This document shows positions 1 to 11,085 of a stretch of 20,000 nucleotides of DNA, one piece after another (position 1 is the stretch's first letter; each line of letters opens with the position of its first letter). The notes beneath the pieces are model-generated. The model had not been told where the DNA came from, searched no databases, and was given only the letters and a program-made list of their open reading frames with translations. The position numbers were made by a program, and so were the translations under genes. Source of the DNA: Coniocarpon cinnabarinum (taxonomy: Eukaryota); assembly GCA_051942205.1 (NCBI GenBank), contig JAVECO010000007.1, positions 236,631 to 256,630 of the forward strand, read 5' to 3'.

Positions 1-1305
1 GACGATCACCACCGCACCCACCCAAATCCCCCAACTAGCATACTGCCCATTCAACACCACTTGTCCCAGCAAACTCAGCGGGATTGTAAGCGCCAGCCCC
101 ATCGTCACAACGAGGGGACTCGTCAACAACACGGCGTAAGCCCAGCACATGTCGCTGACGAGAGAGATGACCGCGCCGAAAAACACGATCCAGAAGGCTT
201 TGGCGTTGGGGGGGAGGGCGAGGGTCTCGACGCCTGCGAGGGAGAGGATGGGTAAGCCGGGCCAGAAGACGAGGATGGAGATGAGGCCGAGGAAGCCGAA
301 GAAGAGGGGCATGTGGATCCGGCCCGTGGATTCGTCCGCGCCGACCGTGCGTGTTAAGATTGTGGCGTAGAGACCGTAAACGAGCGCTGATGCTAATGCC
401 ATAGCGTCGCCCAGCACAATCTCAGCGGGTGTCTTGAAGGGAAAGTCACCGCGATCGGCATCGTCGAGTTCCTTGCGGCGTGTATCAATTAGAGAAATCA
501 ACACCACGCCCGCCAGAGACGCAAGAACACCCAACATCTTCTTGAGCGTGAACGCTTCGATTTTCATGAACGCGCCGAAGATAAGAGTAAAAACGCTGCT
601 GGTGGAGACGAGGATCGTAGATGAAGCCACAGAGGTGTAAGAATAGGACGCAGAGTTGAACCAGTTGGCGAGGAACCAAAGTGGCGCGAAGCGAAGGGCG
701 AGATTGAAGGTTGCGCGAGTGGAGAGGCGGTCGTCTGGGGGTTCGGAGGGGTTAGCGGAGGGGACGCGGCGGTGGCGGGACACAGATGTGTCGATTCGAA
801 GAGGTCCGGTGGGGGAACGGTTTCGTCGGGGTGTGTTGTATTGAGTAGCTGCTCTGGAAGGGGAGAGGAAACGCGTATCGGCGTCGTCGTCCGAGGCGAG
901 GTCATTGGAGGCATGTTTGGTAGAGGAGCTTTCTTCGTGAGACGACAAAGGTCGGTATGCGGTTTTATCGGAGGACTCGGTGGAAGCGGGGTAAAACCAC
1001 GATAGTAGTGGTATTCGCAGCGTTCTATGTGAGTATGCGTGTCTGATGTAGATGGGAAGGAGGGGGATCGCGAAGAACGCGGTGTTGACATAGGTCATGA
1101 GGTATGGCTTCGAGTATTCGCCGTTGGCGAAGATGCTGCTGGTCATAAAGCCCGAGGCGGTCCAGAGAATGATGTTGACGGCGAGGAGCAGCAGGCCCAT
1201 GGCACGCCGCCATCGTGTATTGACTGGCGGAACGGCTGTCGCGGAGGACTCGGGCGTCCACGAATAGGCGGAGGCAATTCGCGGGGAGTGTGGTGAGCGA
1301 GGCAT
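1..1305 (-). CDS. DMT-superfamily (EamA-like) multi-pass transporter, THI74/YML018C/SLC35F5 family; 3'-truncated by the window edge
   Basis: Absent from the ORF track because it has no stop inside the window. Manual translation from ATG 1305 (in-frame TAA upstream) is open and intronless to position 1: MPRSPHSP...RWRRAMGLLLLAVNIILWTASGFMTSSIFANGEYSKPYLMTYVNTAFFAIP...FAPLWFLANWFNSASYSYTSVASSTILVSTSSVFTLIFG...LGDAMALASALVYGLYAT...MPLFFGFLG...SDMCWAYAVLLTSPLVVTMGLALTIPLSLLGQ. These motifs are typical of the family. Confidence 0.88.
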   Translation of the reverse strand, partial: MPRSPHSPRIASAYSWTPESSATAVPPVNTRWRRAMGLLLLAVNIILWTASGFMTSSIFANGEYSKPYLMTYVNTAFFAIPLLPIYIRHAYSHRTLRIPLLSWFYPASTESSDKTAYRPLSSHEESSSTKHASNDLASDDDADTRFLSPSRAATQYNTPRRNRSPTGPLRIDTSVSRHRRVPSANPSEPPDDRLSTRATFNLALRFAPLWFLANWFNSASYSYTSVASSTILVSTSSVFTLIFGAFMKIEAFTLKKMLGVLASLAGVVLISLIDTRRKELDDADRGDFPFKTPAEIVLGDAMALASALVYGLYATILTRTVGADESTGRIHMPLFFGFLGLISILVFWPGLPILSLAGVETLALPPNAKAFWIVFFGAVISLVSDMCWAYAVLLTSPLVVTMGLALTIPLSLLGQVVLNGQYASWGIWVGAVVIV

Positions 1306-1802
1306 GGAGGGCAACGGTTGCGGGTCTTGTGGAAGCGGGCGGGCTTATGAGGAGCGTGGGTCATGGAAGACAAGGAGACTGGTGTGCAGCCACATCGTTC
1401 ACGAGGACTGAGCGACAGGTATAGCAGCTTTGAATGAATGTGATGGAAGTCCCGTGAATGGTTTGAGGTAGGAGAATGAAAGGGGGTCTGCTGCATGTTG
1501 GGTCGGCTTGGCACCAGCCCGTCGTTTCGTTTCGCAGTTGGCCACAAAACATTAAAAGCATCTTTTCTCGAAGTGATGAATGCTTTCAGACTCAGCAATT
1601 TCCAACGAGATGGTCCTTTATCATTACTTAACCTCAGATAGCACATACACAGGATATCACGTAGTATTGATGTATGCCTTGACCCCGCCAAAACGCCTTG
1701 GCTCTAATGCGTGTGATCAAAGACGCTGCCCAATACCTCCATTTCCTAACCATGCGAGAGAAAACAAAACCAATCGCACTCGTTTACGGCCCGCTCCCAT
1801 TG

Positions 1803-2665
1803 CTAGCACGCGCATCCTTGCTGGTCATCGTTCTGGTTCAGAGGTATCGTAGGTGGGAATGGGTCACCATAATCTGTATTGTCTTCTTGGTTGAGAGCTT
1901 GCCGCGCGATTGCTATATTGTGTCAGCATTGATTATGATGACGAGCGACCGAGGCTGATGATTAGTTCATACTTTCGAATGCTGACTCGACGTTCTGTGC
2001 TTCTTTCGCGCTCGTCTCGAAGTAGGGCATGCTGCCCTTTTCCTCGCAGAACTTTGCCGCAGTGTCCTGCCTGATCTGTATACAGAGTCAGCAATACAGC
2101 GTGACAGCCAAGTGACGGGTTGACCTGCCACCCGCTTGTCTTGCTCAGCATCGATCTTGTTTCCCAGGACCACCTATTCCCAACGTCAGAACATTGTATG
2201 CCAACCTCTAGCACTCTTGCGACACTCACGAATGGAAAGTTGTCCGGGTTGGCGGGGTTTGCTTGTATCAAGAACTCGTCTCTCCAACTTTCCAGCGTCT
2301 CAAAGCTTTTCTTGTTGGTTACGTCGAAGCATAGCACACAGCAATCTGCTCCTCTGTAAAATGCGACTCCTAGTGACTGAAAACGTTCTTGGCCGGCCGT
2401 ATCCCAAATCTGCATCGTCACCACCCGGTCGTCTATCACAATCTCTTTCGTGAGGAAGTCTGCTCCGATCGTGGCTTTATAGGAAGCGCTGAACTTCTTG
2501 TTGACCTGTGACAAGCAGAGCCCGGTCAGCAAGGGCTCCAGCAAAGCGACAACTTGCAGAGCACAGGTGCGTAGAACGAACATATTGGTTCATCAAGCTG
2601 GTCTTGCCCACCCCGCTGTCGCCTAGGATGATAACCTTGAGAAGCGCTTTCCCTTTTTTCGACAT
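1803..2665 (-). CDS. YPT7: Rab7/Ypt7 small GTPase, 5 exons (2665-2582, 2505-2230, 2173-2129, 2075-1973, 1912-1803), 205 aa
   Basis: [79 protein letters not shown] and C-terminal GCAC (CXC prenylation motif). Introns of 53-76 nt carry CTGAC branch points and YAG acceptors; intron 3 is probably GC-AG. Confidence 0.96.
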
Positions 2666-3196
2666 ATTGGGTAGCTGTCTTAAAGTTTTCAGGCACTGTT
2701 TCTCAGGTAAAGTCCTCTGAAATGGTTATGAGAAGCTGCAGCTCAGGGCTCGGTACCTGGTATCTTCAAGGTCACTGGGAGGCGGTCATGCGTCATGAGA
2801 GTGCGGCAACCATTCCGCCTCCTGCCCTCGCTAATGTCGCAAGCGCGCGTCTAACAGTTATACCTCTTTGACAATGGAGAGTCAAGCCAAAGACTCCACC
2901 TCGAGGCAGTGCAGACACACCCTGAACGGTAGAACTCGGGGAGCATCTCAGGGAAGTCTTACTTCGATATAGCATTCCTGCAATTATGAATATTGTTAAA
3001 ATCACATGCGGTGGGGATCCACTCGCAGCGGCGTATAATTTTTAATACAAGTAGCTCTATATAGCGAATGTGTTTGTCTTCATTCGCTTCTGACTAAGGA
3101 GACGTTCACTGCGTGCAGGATTTCGTCATTCCATCCGTTTGCGCGTCCCAACAATGGTACCAAGCCCGACGCCTTACTCCTTGCCCATCAACACCA

Positions 3197-4321
3197 TCAT
3201 TTTCTTCCCGAATCTTGTTGCAGCATATGCGGCGCCTCGAGCTCTGTGATCTCGTTATTCCCCAATTCGGCCGTTGGTTGTGGCGAAGAAGCATTTGGGA
3301 AGTAGGTCGCGCCCATGCTCGGATTTGATTGTTGAGGCGGTGTCAGGGGGGTGGACGCCGGGTACACATTCCCAGTCGATGGACCGTGTCTATGAGCCGA
3401 CTCATCTGGCCCTTTCTCTGCCCAGGCTCGCGTGGCTCCGGCCTCAGAGGACCCTCCCCAGGTGCCAGTGCTGCTTTCGGCAGCCCACGCTGCCGTGCGT
3501 TCGCGGTTCGATCCACCCACCATAGACTGACCCGCGGTGGTGGAGCTCTGTCCACGACGATGACCCAGTAGCCAGAACACTGCAGCCAGAAGACCAATGA
3601 AGGCGACAGCAGCCACCACAATGCCGGCGATGGCGCCCCCGCTAAGCTTCGACCCGCCAGAGTGCGTGGCAGCAGCTGTCGCCGTCGTCGTGGCGGTAGC
3701 AGTGGCAACACCAGTTGGAGTAGCCGTGAGCAAACTCGGATTAGCTGTTAGTTGCGGGCGCGTTTCGCTGCCTTCGTCCGGGAATGGCTGTCCGGGGACA
3801 AGCATATACGGCGCTTTTAAGGCCTCGTCATATTGATCTTGAAGAGAGACTGATGCGTTGGGATTGATGACGCCAACCATGCCCTGTGGTGTACAGCTCC
3901 CGATAGCCGTGCAATAGTAGAAGATGGGCTCGGTGTCGTTGACAGTCAGATTCCATTGGGGTGGCTGTGTCTGGTCAGCTAGTCACATCATTTCGGAGGC
4001 GCGGCAGCTGCATACATCTGAGAGACTTTGGGTTAAGAAATTGGGCGATGCAAAGCCCTCGACGTCAGGCTCCGAGTTCTCAATCGGGATGCAGGGAAGT
4101 CCGTAAGCAGCTCGGACGACGGAGTGATTCGTGGGGAAGAAATTGAAGGTTATGATATCGCCAGGTTCCGCGAGCGTTGTGTTTGGATCGAAGCGGAAGT
4201 CTCCTCTCCCTACGTTGACAGTGTGGATGGTAGGTGGCGCACTGCTGGTGGGTGTGGATTGCGCATGTGCCACAGAAAGGGCACACAGCAGCCCCACCAG
4301 AATAGCTGACAAGTCAAACAT
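3197..4321 (-). CDS. Cupredoxin-like extracellular S/T-rich type-I membrane protein, 2 exons (4321-4016, 3964-3197), about 357 aa
   Basis: Signal peptide MFDLSAILVGLLCALSVAHA. Cupredoxin-like segment HTVNVG..FRFDP..AEPGDIITFNFFPTNHSVVRAAY..PC..WNLTVNDTEPIFYYC....SC..GMVGVINP. T/A-rich stalk, then LSGGAIAGIVVAAVAFIGLLAAVFWLLG TM helix and a cytoplasmic tail. Intron GTATGC...GCTGAC...CAG (an alternative in-frame acceptor lies 6 nt upstream). Confidence 0.85.
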
Positions 4322-5947
4322 TCTGAGCAGGGGCTGGGAAGGGTGACGAGTGACGAAGGAGCTCGTCAGTGGCCTCGAAATGAATACAAGGTCATGCAGC
4401 GCACACCACGGCCTGGCGACACTGAAGTCGAGAAAAGAGACCTGAGTTGGGAGGGAGAGTGTGAAGAGGACAGCAAACGAGAAGGTCTTACGGCGGAGCG
4501 AGCGAGCTCCGGGGGCGACGGCAGAGGGGCAAATAATACCATACAGTTGGTCCGCACGTGGGATAGCTGTCGTTGTTTGTCGTGCCCGTGGTGTTGAAAG
4601 TCCTTTTCGCTGCCAGTAGCCTCTGGGCGCTCGACTGTCTTACCGGCCGCTTTATCGCTTCCGCCTAACGGTGGCAGTGGCCAACCCATGTCTTGGTCCT
4701 CTCAGTTCTAAGTTCGTGCCAAGCTGGCTCTCGCGTGGTAGCGACTAGCACGCTGTTCTGACCAAGTGCCCAGCACAAGCCGAGCTTGTTGAGGGGAGAC
4801 CTTAACGAGCAGGCATGATATTTCTGGGAGCACGCTGCTGTGCGCACACTGTGCCACCCGCAAGGCTAGCACCAGATGCCAGGTTTGGAGAGGGCAGATT
4901 GCCAGACACGCATGGACCCGACCGCCGAGTGCTTCCCTCGCATATGCAAGCGGTCAGATTGCAGCAGTGCGGCGTACCACCCACCCCAAGTGCCGCCTTG
5001 CACAGAACGCTCTGGGGTCGTAGTGTGCTGCCAGCCGACGCACTGACAAACGCTGTCACCGCAGCCGGTGCGATCAGCGCGGGAGACGGCTGACCTGGCC
5101 GCCGTTTGTGGGCGTGGTGGAAGAATGAAGTCGCATCTGGCGTGCTCGGCGGAGGTCAGATGTGCAGATGTGCAGCAACCCCTCGGACGAGCTAAAAATA
5201 CGGCCTTGCGGATCGGCCTAATGCATCATCTCCCGTCCGCGCTGTCCGCTTTGGGATTCGTTTCTCGCACGGGCCTTATTGTGACTTTCTAGAACCGTGC
5301 AGAGTCTGTGCCCCGGCTGCATCCTCCGCTTGACGTGCGGAGCTACAGTATATACTCGGACGACGGACTGCATGCAATGCAATCCTGTCAGGCAGATCAA
5401 CAGTTTGGCCCTCGTCCGCACGTCCGCATCCCGCCCTTGAAAAAGACGACTACCTGGCCAATCATCGTCTGATCAGCTGTGGCCACCTACCAGAATCGAG
5501 CAGATAGCATGCAAGTCAGCGTTGTAAGATTACGAGAACCCTGTCATACTCAAAGTGGGGCATTTTCATCGGCAATGCATGGTCTAAATGACTAGCGCGA
5601 GCCTCACGGACAACCAAAATTCAGCTTGCTGCTTACCAGTGCGGAATTCCAGGTTGATGATGCTCATTGCTTGGGAGCCTACGATGCTTACAGCCTGCCC
5701 AGCTCTCAGGACCCTGAGACGTTCGCTAGACCCATGCTCCATAGTCATGCATTCACAAAAGAAATCGTTACTCATGCCCTCTCTCGACGCCTTGCGAGCC
5801 TTCGTCTACAGATGCAAAAGGTGTTCGCTGTTGTCTTGTCATCTTCCCGCAGGCTTGATGTTCAGTTGGGCGTTGATAGCCCCATTTGGGCAAATGTCGA
5901 CATTTCAGAGCGTACGCGTGGGGTGAATGACTTGTTGGCTATCTCTT

Positions 5948-6883
5948 CTAGGAGGCCACCCCAGCTTCTGTCGAAGATCCATTCACAGGTTGCGGCGATT
6001 CCGAGATGCTTGATTCTTGAATGATCTTGGCAATATTTTGGACCTCTTCGTCCATTTGCTCCTTTGACTTCATTCTTTCATGCCTGACCAGCGGTTTGTC
6101 GACGGGCTGCTGTGGTTGCTTGCTCTCTTGATTCTTCTTTGCAGCCATGGCGTCGAAGCCGTCATGATCAGAGTGCTTCTTGTAGTAGTAGCTGCCCTCC
6201 TTCGGCTTCAAGTGATCGGGCATGTTGAGAACAACAGTTTCTGCTATCCGCTGCACGCCCTCTGCGTGGTCGCCGTCACGGTTCCACACTGTGATCAGTA
6301 CACTCGCGTATCGTGGTCGAAAGCTCACTCCACAGATGTCATCTTTAAATGTGGTTCGCTCACTCCGTACAGCTTCTTGCAATGATTCGCCGATAGCTAG
6401 GCAGCAGATCTCTCTCCAAAAGTCAATCGCGGCAGCTTTGGGGACCCTGAAAGTCCACGCGCCACCTCGCATATTCCGTGGATCCTCCCAAAGAGGCTTG
6501 ACAGTCGCGTGAAAGAGATGGACTGACGAGCGCTGAGGGAGTGCCGCAAAGTCGAAGTTGTTATATAGCGACCAAAAGCCCCGAATGTCAGACAAGCTCA
6601 TAAGATTGGTCAAACGGGGCGCAAACTGTTCTTCACTCTGTGGAGCAGGCGTAGACAAAGCACCAGATTGACTGGTCGGAGGTGAAGTGACGTGACCAGA
6701 CGTGGCGGGCTTTTCATGCCAGAAGTCCCACGTATGTACTAGTGGATGTCGTAGCTTCGTCTGCAAGAAGTTCCGCATCTCTCTTCCCCGAGCGGGTGAC
6801 TCGGTTGCGCTGAGGGCATTCTCGCTCACTGGGGGAAGGTTGGTGGTTTGCAGTGGCAATTTAGGACGACCATCAAGTGCCAT
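5948..6883 (-). CDS. eIF4E-family cap-binding protein, non-canonical (class II/III-like) paralog
   Basis: Intronless 311-aa ORF with HPLVHTWDFW, IRGFWSLY, HLFHATVKPLWEDPRNMRGGAW, DDICGVSFRPR..VLITVWNRD and YYKKH, which are eIF4E core motifs. Confidence 0.92.
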   Translation of the reverse strand: MALDGRPKLPLQTTNLPPVSENALSATESPARGREMRNFLQTKLRHPLVHTWDFWHEKPATSGHVTSPPTSQSGALSTPAPQSEEQFAPRLTNLMSLSDIRGFWSLYNNFDFAALPQRSSVHLFHATVKPLWEDPRNMRGGAWTFRVPKAAAIDFWREICCLAIGESLQEAVRSERTTFKDDICGVSFRPRYASVLITVWNRDGDHAEGVQRIAETVVLNMPDHLKPKEGSYYYKKHSDHDGFDAMAAKKNQESKQPQQPVDKPLVRHERMKSKEQMDEEVQNIAKIIQESSISESPQPVNGSSTEAGVAS

Positions 6884-7724
6884 GTTGTGAGAAGACGCGA
6901 AGATATTGACAGAAGATATTGAGGAATACGCAGAATTTTAAAAGAGTCCGCGAGACGTGAATGTCGAAGTGAGAGGGAATGGGGGTGAAGTAGGTAGAAC
7001 AGCTTGGGAACTAAAAAGGGAATCTGCGTAACTCTCGCGACATGTGACAGAGGTTGAGGTGAATATGTGAAAATGCGAGCGTGCAACTTGTGTTGACCTG
7101 CAACAATTGCAAGTGTAAGACCTGTTTTTTGTTAAAGATGATCAAAGCAAGCTTGAGACATTCAAGCTGTCCACTGCTTGGTCGGGCGCTAAACACCGCA
7201 CGGGCCACTTGCCTTGACTCATTATCACGGGGTTTCCAAAGCGCAGCAATTTTGTGCCTGCCCAACCCAACTCTGTTCCCAGCGACACACATGTACATTA
7301 TCCCACCCCAGTATAAGCATGTCCAACCAATTCATGACTCGAATTTGTAAGAGTATATTCCTCAAATGAGCTTTCGCTTCTACCTATGCTAGAGCTTTCC
7401 ATCGATGCAAAACTACCAAGATGGAAAGTGTGGACAGGGAAGCAAGATTATTACTAAAGCTCCTACTTGATAGGAGCTGCTCGCCATCAAAGTCGACCTG
7501 AGGTATCCCGAAGAAGTGTCGACAGAGCGGCGTGCTACAGGTCTAGCGGACGACGCAAAACGCATGGGCAAGCAACTTCTCAATCGGCATGCTGCTATGG
7601 TTGAGCCTCGCGTCAGGCTCACACAAAAGCATTTTGCCATTGATCTGTTTCCCTACCAACGCCTTCGCTGAAAAATACAGGCACGCCACATGCACATGCA
7701 AATTTGCAAGCATCCCTGGTGTTA

Positions 7725-8432
7725 TCAGGCAAATACACCTGCTCTCTTCATCACGCTTTCGAACTCCTCTCTTCCGACCCCGTCCAACACTCCGCCGTTG
7801 CCCTCGCCGCCGTTCGCTTCCAGCAACATCGTCTTCAATACACTGTCATCTACATCCTCCCTTAACTCTCGCGCAACTCTTTTCAAATCCGCCAGCGAAA
7901 TCTTTCTCCCCTCTTGCACACCGGGTTCAAATTTCCCACTCGATGGTATCGGCGTTGTGAACAGAGCAAAAGCATGATCAATCTCTGCTCGCTCTCTTTG
8001 CTGTTTTGACACCTTTTTCTCCTTGCCCTTGCCTCGTACTGTGTTGTGACCTACCTCAATATCGTCCATACCTTCATCGGCATGATCTCCTTCATCTTGG
8101 AGCTCGCCCATCGTTTGCGCCAGCTCTTTGAAGTTGTCGAAGCTCAAGAAGCGCTGTCCTTCGTCGAAGAAATCGCTGGGCGGCGGAGGAAGGTTCAAGC
8201 TCTTTAGTGCGCGTCGTACATCTAGCACGCGGAGGAGACCGTTCTCATCATCTGCATGCTCCTCTAATTCCTGTGTTGCGCCTTCGTCGTCTTCGTCTTC
8301 TGCTTGCTCTAGAGCGTTTGAATGCGAGATGGCGAAGAGACGAAACGCTTCATGGATTTCGTGTGCTTTGCGCTCACGGGGATCCGAACGTGGGGATGGC
8401 GCGGCGCGTTTTCGACCTCGCTTGGGAGGCAT
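7725..8432 (-). CDS. Centrin/calmodulin-like degenerate EF-hand protein with N-terminal basic NLS-like segment
   Basis: 235-aa ORF: MPPKRGRKR; EIHEAFRLF...DVRRALKSL; LSFDNFKELA; EIDHAFALF...KISLADLKRVARELREDVDDSVLKTMLLEA...VGREEFESVM, which resembles the centrin C-lobe. Confidence 0.8.
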   Translation of the reverse strand: MPPKRGRKRAAPSPRSDPRERKAHEIHEAFRLFAISHSNALEQAEDEDDEGATQELEEHADDENGLLRVLDVRRALKSLNLPPPPSDFFDEGQRFLSFDNFKELAQTMGELQDEGDHADEGMDDIEVGHNTVRGKGKEKKVSKQQRERAEIDHAFALFTTPIPSSGKFEPGVQEGRKISLADLKRVARELREDVDDSVLKTMLLEANGGEGNGGVLDGVGREEFESVMKRAGVFA

Positions 8433-8935
8433 CTGTCTGACCTTTTAGACAGAGGGTTTATCCCTAGAAACGTTGTTGCTCAGACGAAGTCGACGTCCTG
8501 ATGCCAAGTATATCAATTGCATTACCTGACCTCTCTCAGATTACGTAGCAAAATCTGTAGCTGTCCATAACATGAATGGATTGAAAGCGGCGCACTCGCG
8601 TACCCTGCTGAACACTTTGCTCTCCAACCCAACACCACGTGACCATGTGCAAGCCGTGCAAGCGTGAAGAAACCTTGTAACCTGATTTTGGCCTCTATAC
8701 TGGACGATCAGTGTTCGGAATAAGACAAGGCGGCACGTAGTCGAGTTCATGAAAGCTTCGATGCAGTCTGATCACTCCTGCCAAGTACCTGTATGTTGAG
8801 CTTCTAGATTTGCTGAAAAATGGCAACTCTTTCTAGCAGGAGTCGCCTGCTCGAATAGCCTAACAATAACGCTCATCCGGCTCCAATATACATTCAAAGA
8901 CATGCGCTCGTCTGAGGTGTGCGCTCCGTGCCGTG

Positions 8936-10465
8936 CTAGCTTTGCAACAGCTGTCCGATTTCGTCGACAACATCCCTCTCTTCAAACCTAAGCTCTTTGA
9001 CATTGCTTTGAATAATATCAGCAGCACCAAGACTTGCTGCGGTCTGATGCAGCTCGCTATCTACAGGCGACATATACAACAATCCACCTAGCGCAAACAT
9101 ACAGTTGCGGATGCAATCGATATGCGTGTTGACCATTGAAAGCACCTCTATCAGAGCAACCGCAAGCTCAATAGCCCTTTCCTCAACAATGGTAGCTTTC
9201 GCATCAGCTAATTCAAATTGAGTTCGCTTTGCGGTGAACTGCGCTCCACACATGTTGAGGGCAGCATTCGAGGCCCATGTCTGCTGTTGTTCATCTTGAC
9301 TGAGTAAACCTTTCACAGTGACTTCGACAAGCGCAGCGCTTAGAGATTGCCTCTTGGTTGCTACACGCGCCAATTGAGTAGTTGAAAAACAATTGCATGC
9401 TATTTGGACGCCGACCAAGAGTAAGGATGACTCTGTGTCTGCTCTCATTGAAACGCCGTGAAGCAAATCCTCGAGCACAGAAGTTTCCACCAGAAAGATA
9501 GCAACGCGTTCATCTAAAAGCAGGAGCCGCGTTACATCTAGAATCCTTGTCTGTAACGCAACCGTGGATTTCGGCCAGAGCTCCTCGATACGGGCTACGA
9601 TGGTATGCACATCGGGTAGAGCAACGTCGATGCTTGACGCGTGCAATCGATTGTCCAGAAAATCTACTGACTCGATCATGGTAGTATCTCTCTCGAAATG
9701 AGTCTTAAGCTCCTGAAAATCCGGAAGTTTGCTTGCGAGCGGGCTACGTGATAGTGCGTGCTCCAGAACAGTCAACTTCAGCTGGGAGTGCGGATGCTTT
9801 CGCTGTGGTGATGGCTTCTCAAGAGCAGACTGGCTCATGTTCTCTAAGTCTTTGGCGTCAGCTTCTGTCGATTCGGCTCGAGGTGTTGACTCATTGACAT
9901 GGACATCCGAGCCTGTGAGTCGTCATGCTCAAGGTGCCCGTCATTGAAGATGCGAGGGCACAAAACAGAAGCAGGATGATCACCTACCAATGGGTACAGC
10001 ATGCGCCGGCACGGGCGCTTGCGTTACTGATCGCATAGAGGCGTCAAGCTGTGGTTGGAGCATGCGTCCAAATGGCGTCTCAAGGACCTGGCGAGGCAGA
10101 TTCGTGATATACTCGGGTATCCCAGTACCGACTAGAAATTGGGCAAAATCATTGGAGAAGTTGTTGCAGTTGTGCGCGAACAAATCATATGATTCAGGGC
10201 TGTATGTCGCTCGTAGAGCTCCAAGATATTCCTCAATAATGTCGAGCGGCAAATCCGTTTTGCCAAGTTTGAGGACCTGCATAGGCTGGCCGTGGTGGCT
10301 CATGCCCGCTCGACACATCTGGATTCCTTGCCCGAAGAAATACTCAGTTCCGCTGAAAACTACAGAAGTGTGATAGACGGCATCGATTTGTATGCCGAGA
10401 AATTGCATTGACATTGTTCGAGCGAGCCCTTGCGAGAGATCATATACGTAGAGCTGGACATCCAT
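8936..10465 (-). CDS. PPPDE/DeSI peptidase (C97) fused to a divergent PUL-like helical domain, 2 exons (10465-9988, 9912-8936), about 484 aa
   Basis: MDVQLYVYDLSQGLAR...AVYHTSVV (catalytic His)...YDLFAHNCNNFS (catalytic Cys, NCN motif). Intron 9987-9913 (GTAGGT...GACTCACAG) joins in frame to ORF 8936..9838, whose helical, Leu-rich pattern (LDVTRLLLLD, IACNCFS, ASNAALNM, ELAVALIE, FALGGLLY) fits PUL/armadillo-like repeats. Confidence 0.85.
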
Positions 10466-11085
10466 GTTGCGACAAGGAGATAATAGGGAATCATTCGAAG
10501 GAACATGAAAAAGAAGGGGATATGAGCTAGATTGCGCCAATACTTCTGTCTTGTCAAGCCGGCTCAATCGAATGAAATATCTTGCAGTGCTCAAGAAGAG
10601 TGTTCGTCACCCAGTGTAGCCTGCGCGATTACACGGAAGCTGGAAGATCCGGAGTCTCATGTGGAATGTTCAACAAACGCCTGCATGCATAACGCCTTGG
10701 ACAGCTCTGCAATGCATATGAAGAAAATCGCAATGATTACTCTGAGTTGTCAACGGAAAAATGTCAGTTATCCATTGACGAGTAAAGGTGGAAGAAGATC
10801 GCCGACGCCACACGTTCTGCGCCACTTGTTTCCTGTGCCAAGATGGTCTGCTCATTGAGTAGCGTGCCAACGTTTTTGCTTGGAATTATTTTGTGTTTTT
10901 ACTTTAATGTTGTACACAACTCCTGGCCCTCAGTCATTCGTTCATTGCGTGGCTTGGTGGCTGCACATCCTGCTGCGCCGCCAATATTGCCTCTTCGGCT
11001 CCAGTGACTGGATCGCTTGTCAAAGCGTAAATTGAGCAATTACGCTGCCACCTGCCTGACATTGGCTTGCCTTCGCTGATACAAG

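Noticed and set aside
61..1691. Numerous short ORFs on both strands (e.g. 564..1091, 1143..1691, 772..1005)
   Set aside because: Shadow or alternate frames of the DMT transporter gene, which occupies a different, fully open minus-strand frame.
1306..1802. Possible TPP riboswitch upstream of the THI74-like transporter
   Set aside because: No convincing TPP aptamer consensus or associated 5'-UTR intron was found.
2717..2756. Possible 40-nt 5'-UTR intron of YPT7 (CAG|GTACCG...TTCAG, minus strand)
   Set aside because: Very short, with a weak donor and no clear CTRAC branch point.
4343..5947. Short ORFs (60-130 aa) in the 1.6-kb region between the cupredoxin-like gene and eIF4E
   Set aside because: No recognisable motifs, many non-ATG starts, and no consistent splice model; treated as UTR/promoter sequence.
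10466..10594. N-terminal extension of the PPPDE ORF in the ORF track
   Set aside because: It begins at a TTG; the family-typical start MDVQLYVYDLS is at ATG 10465.
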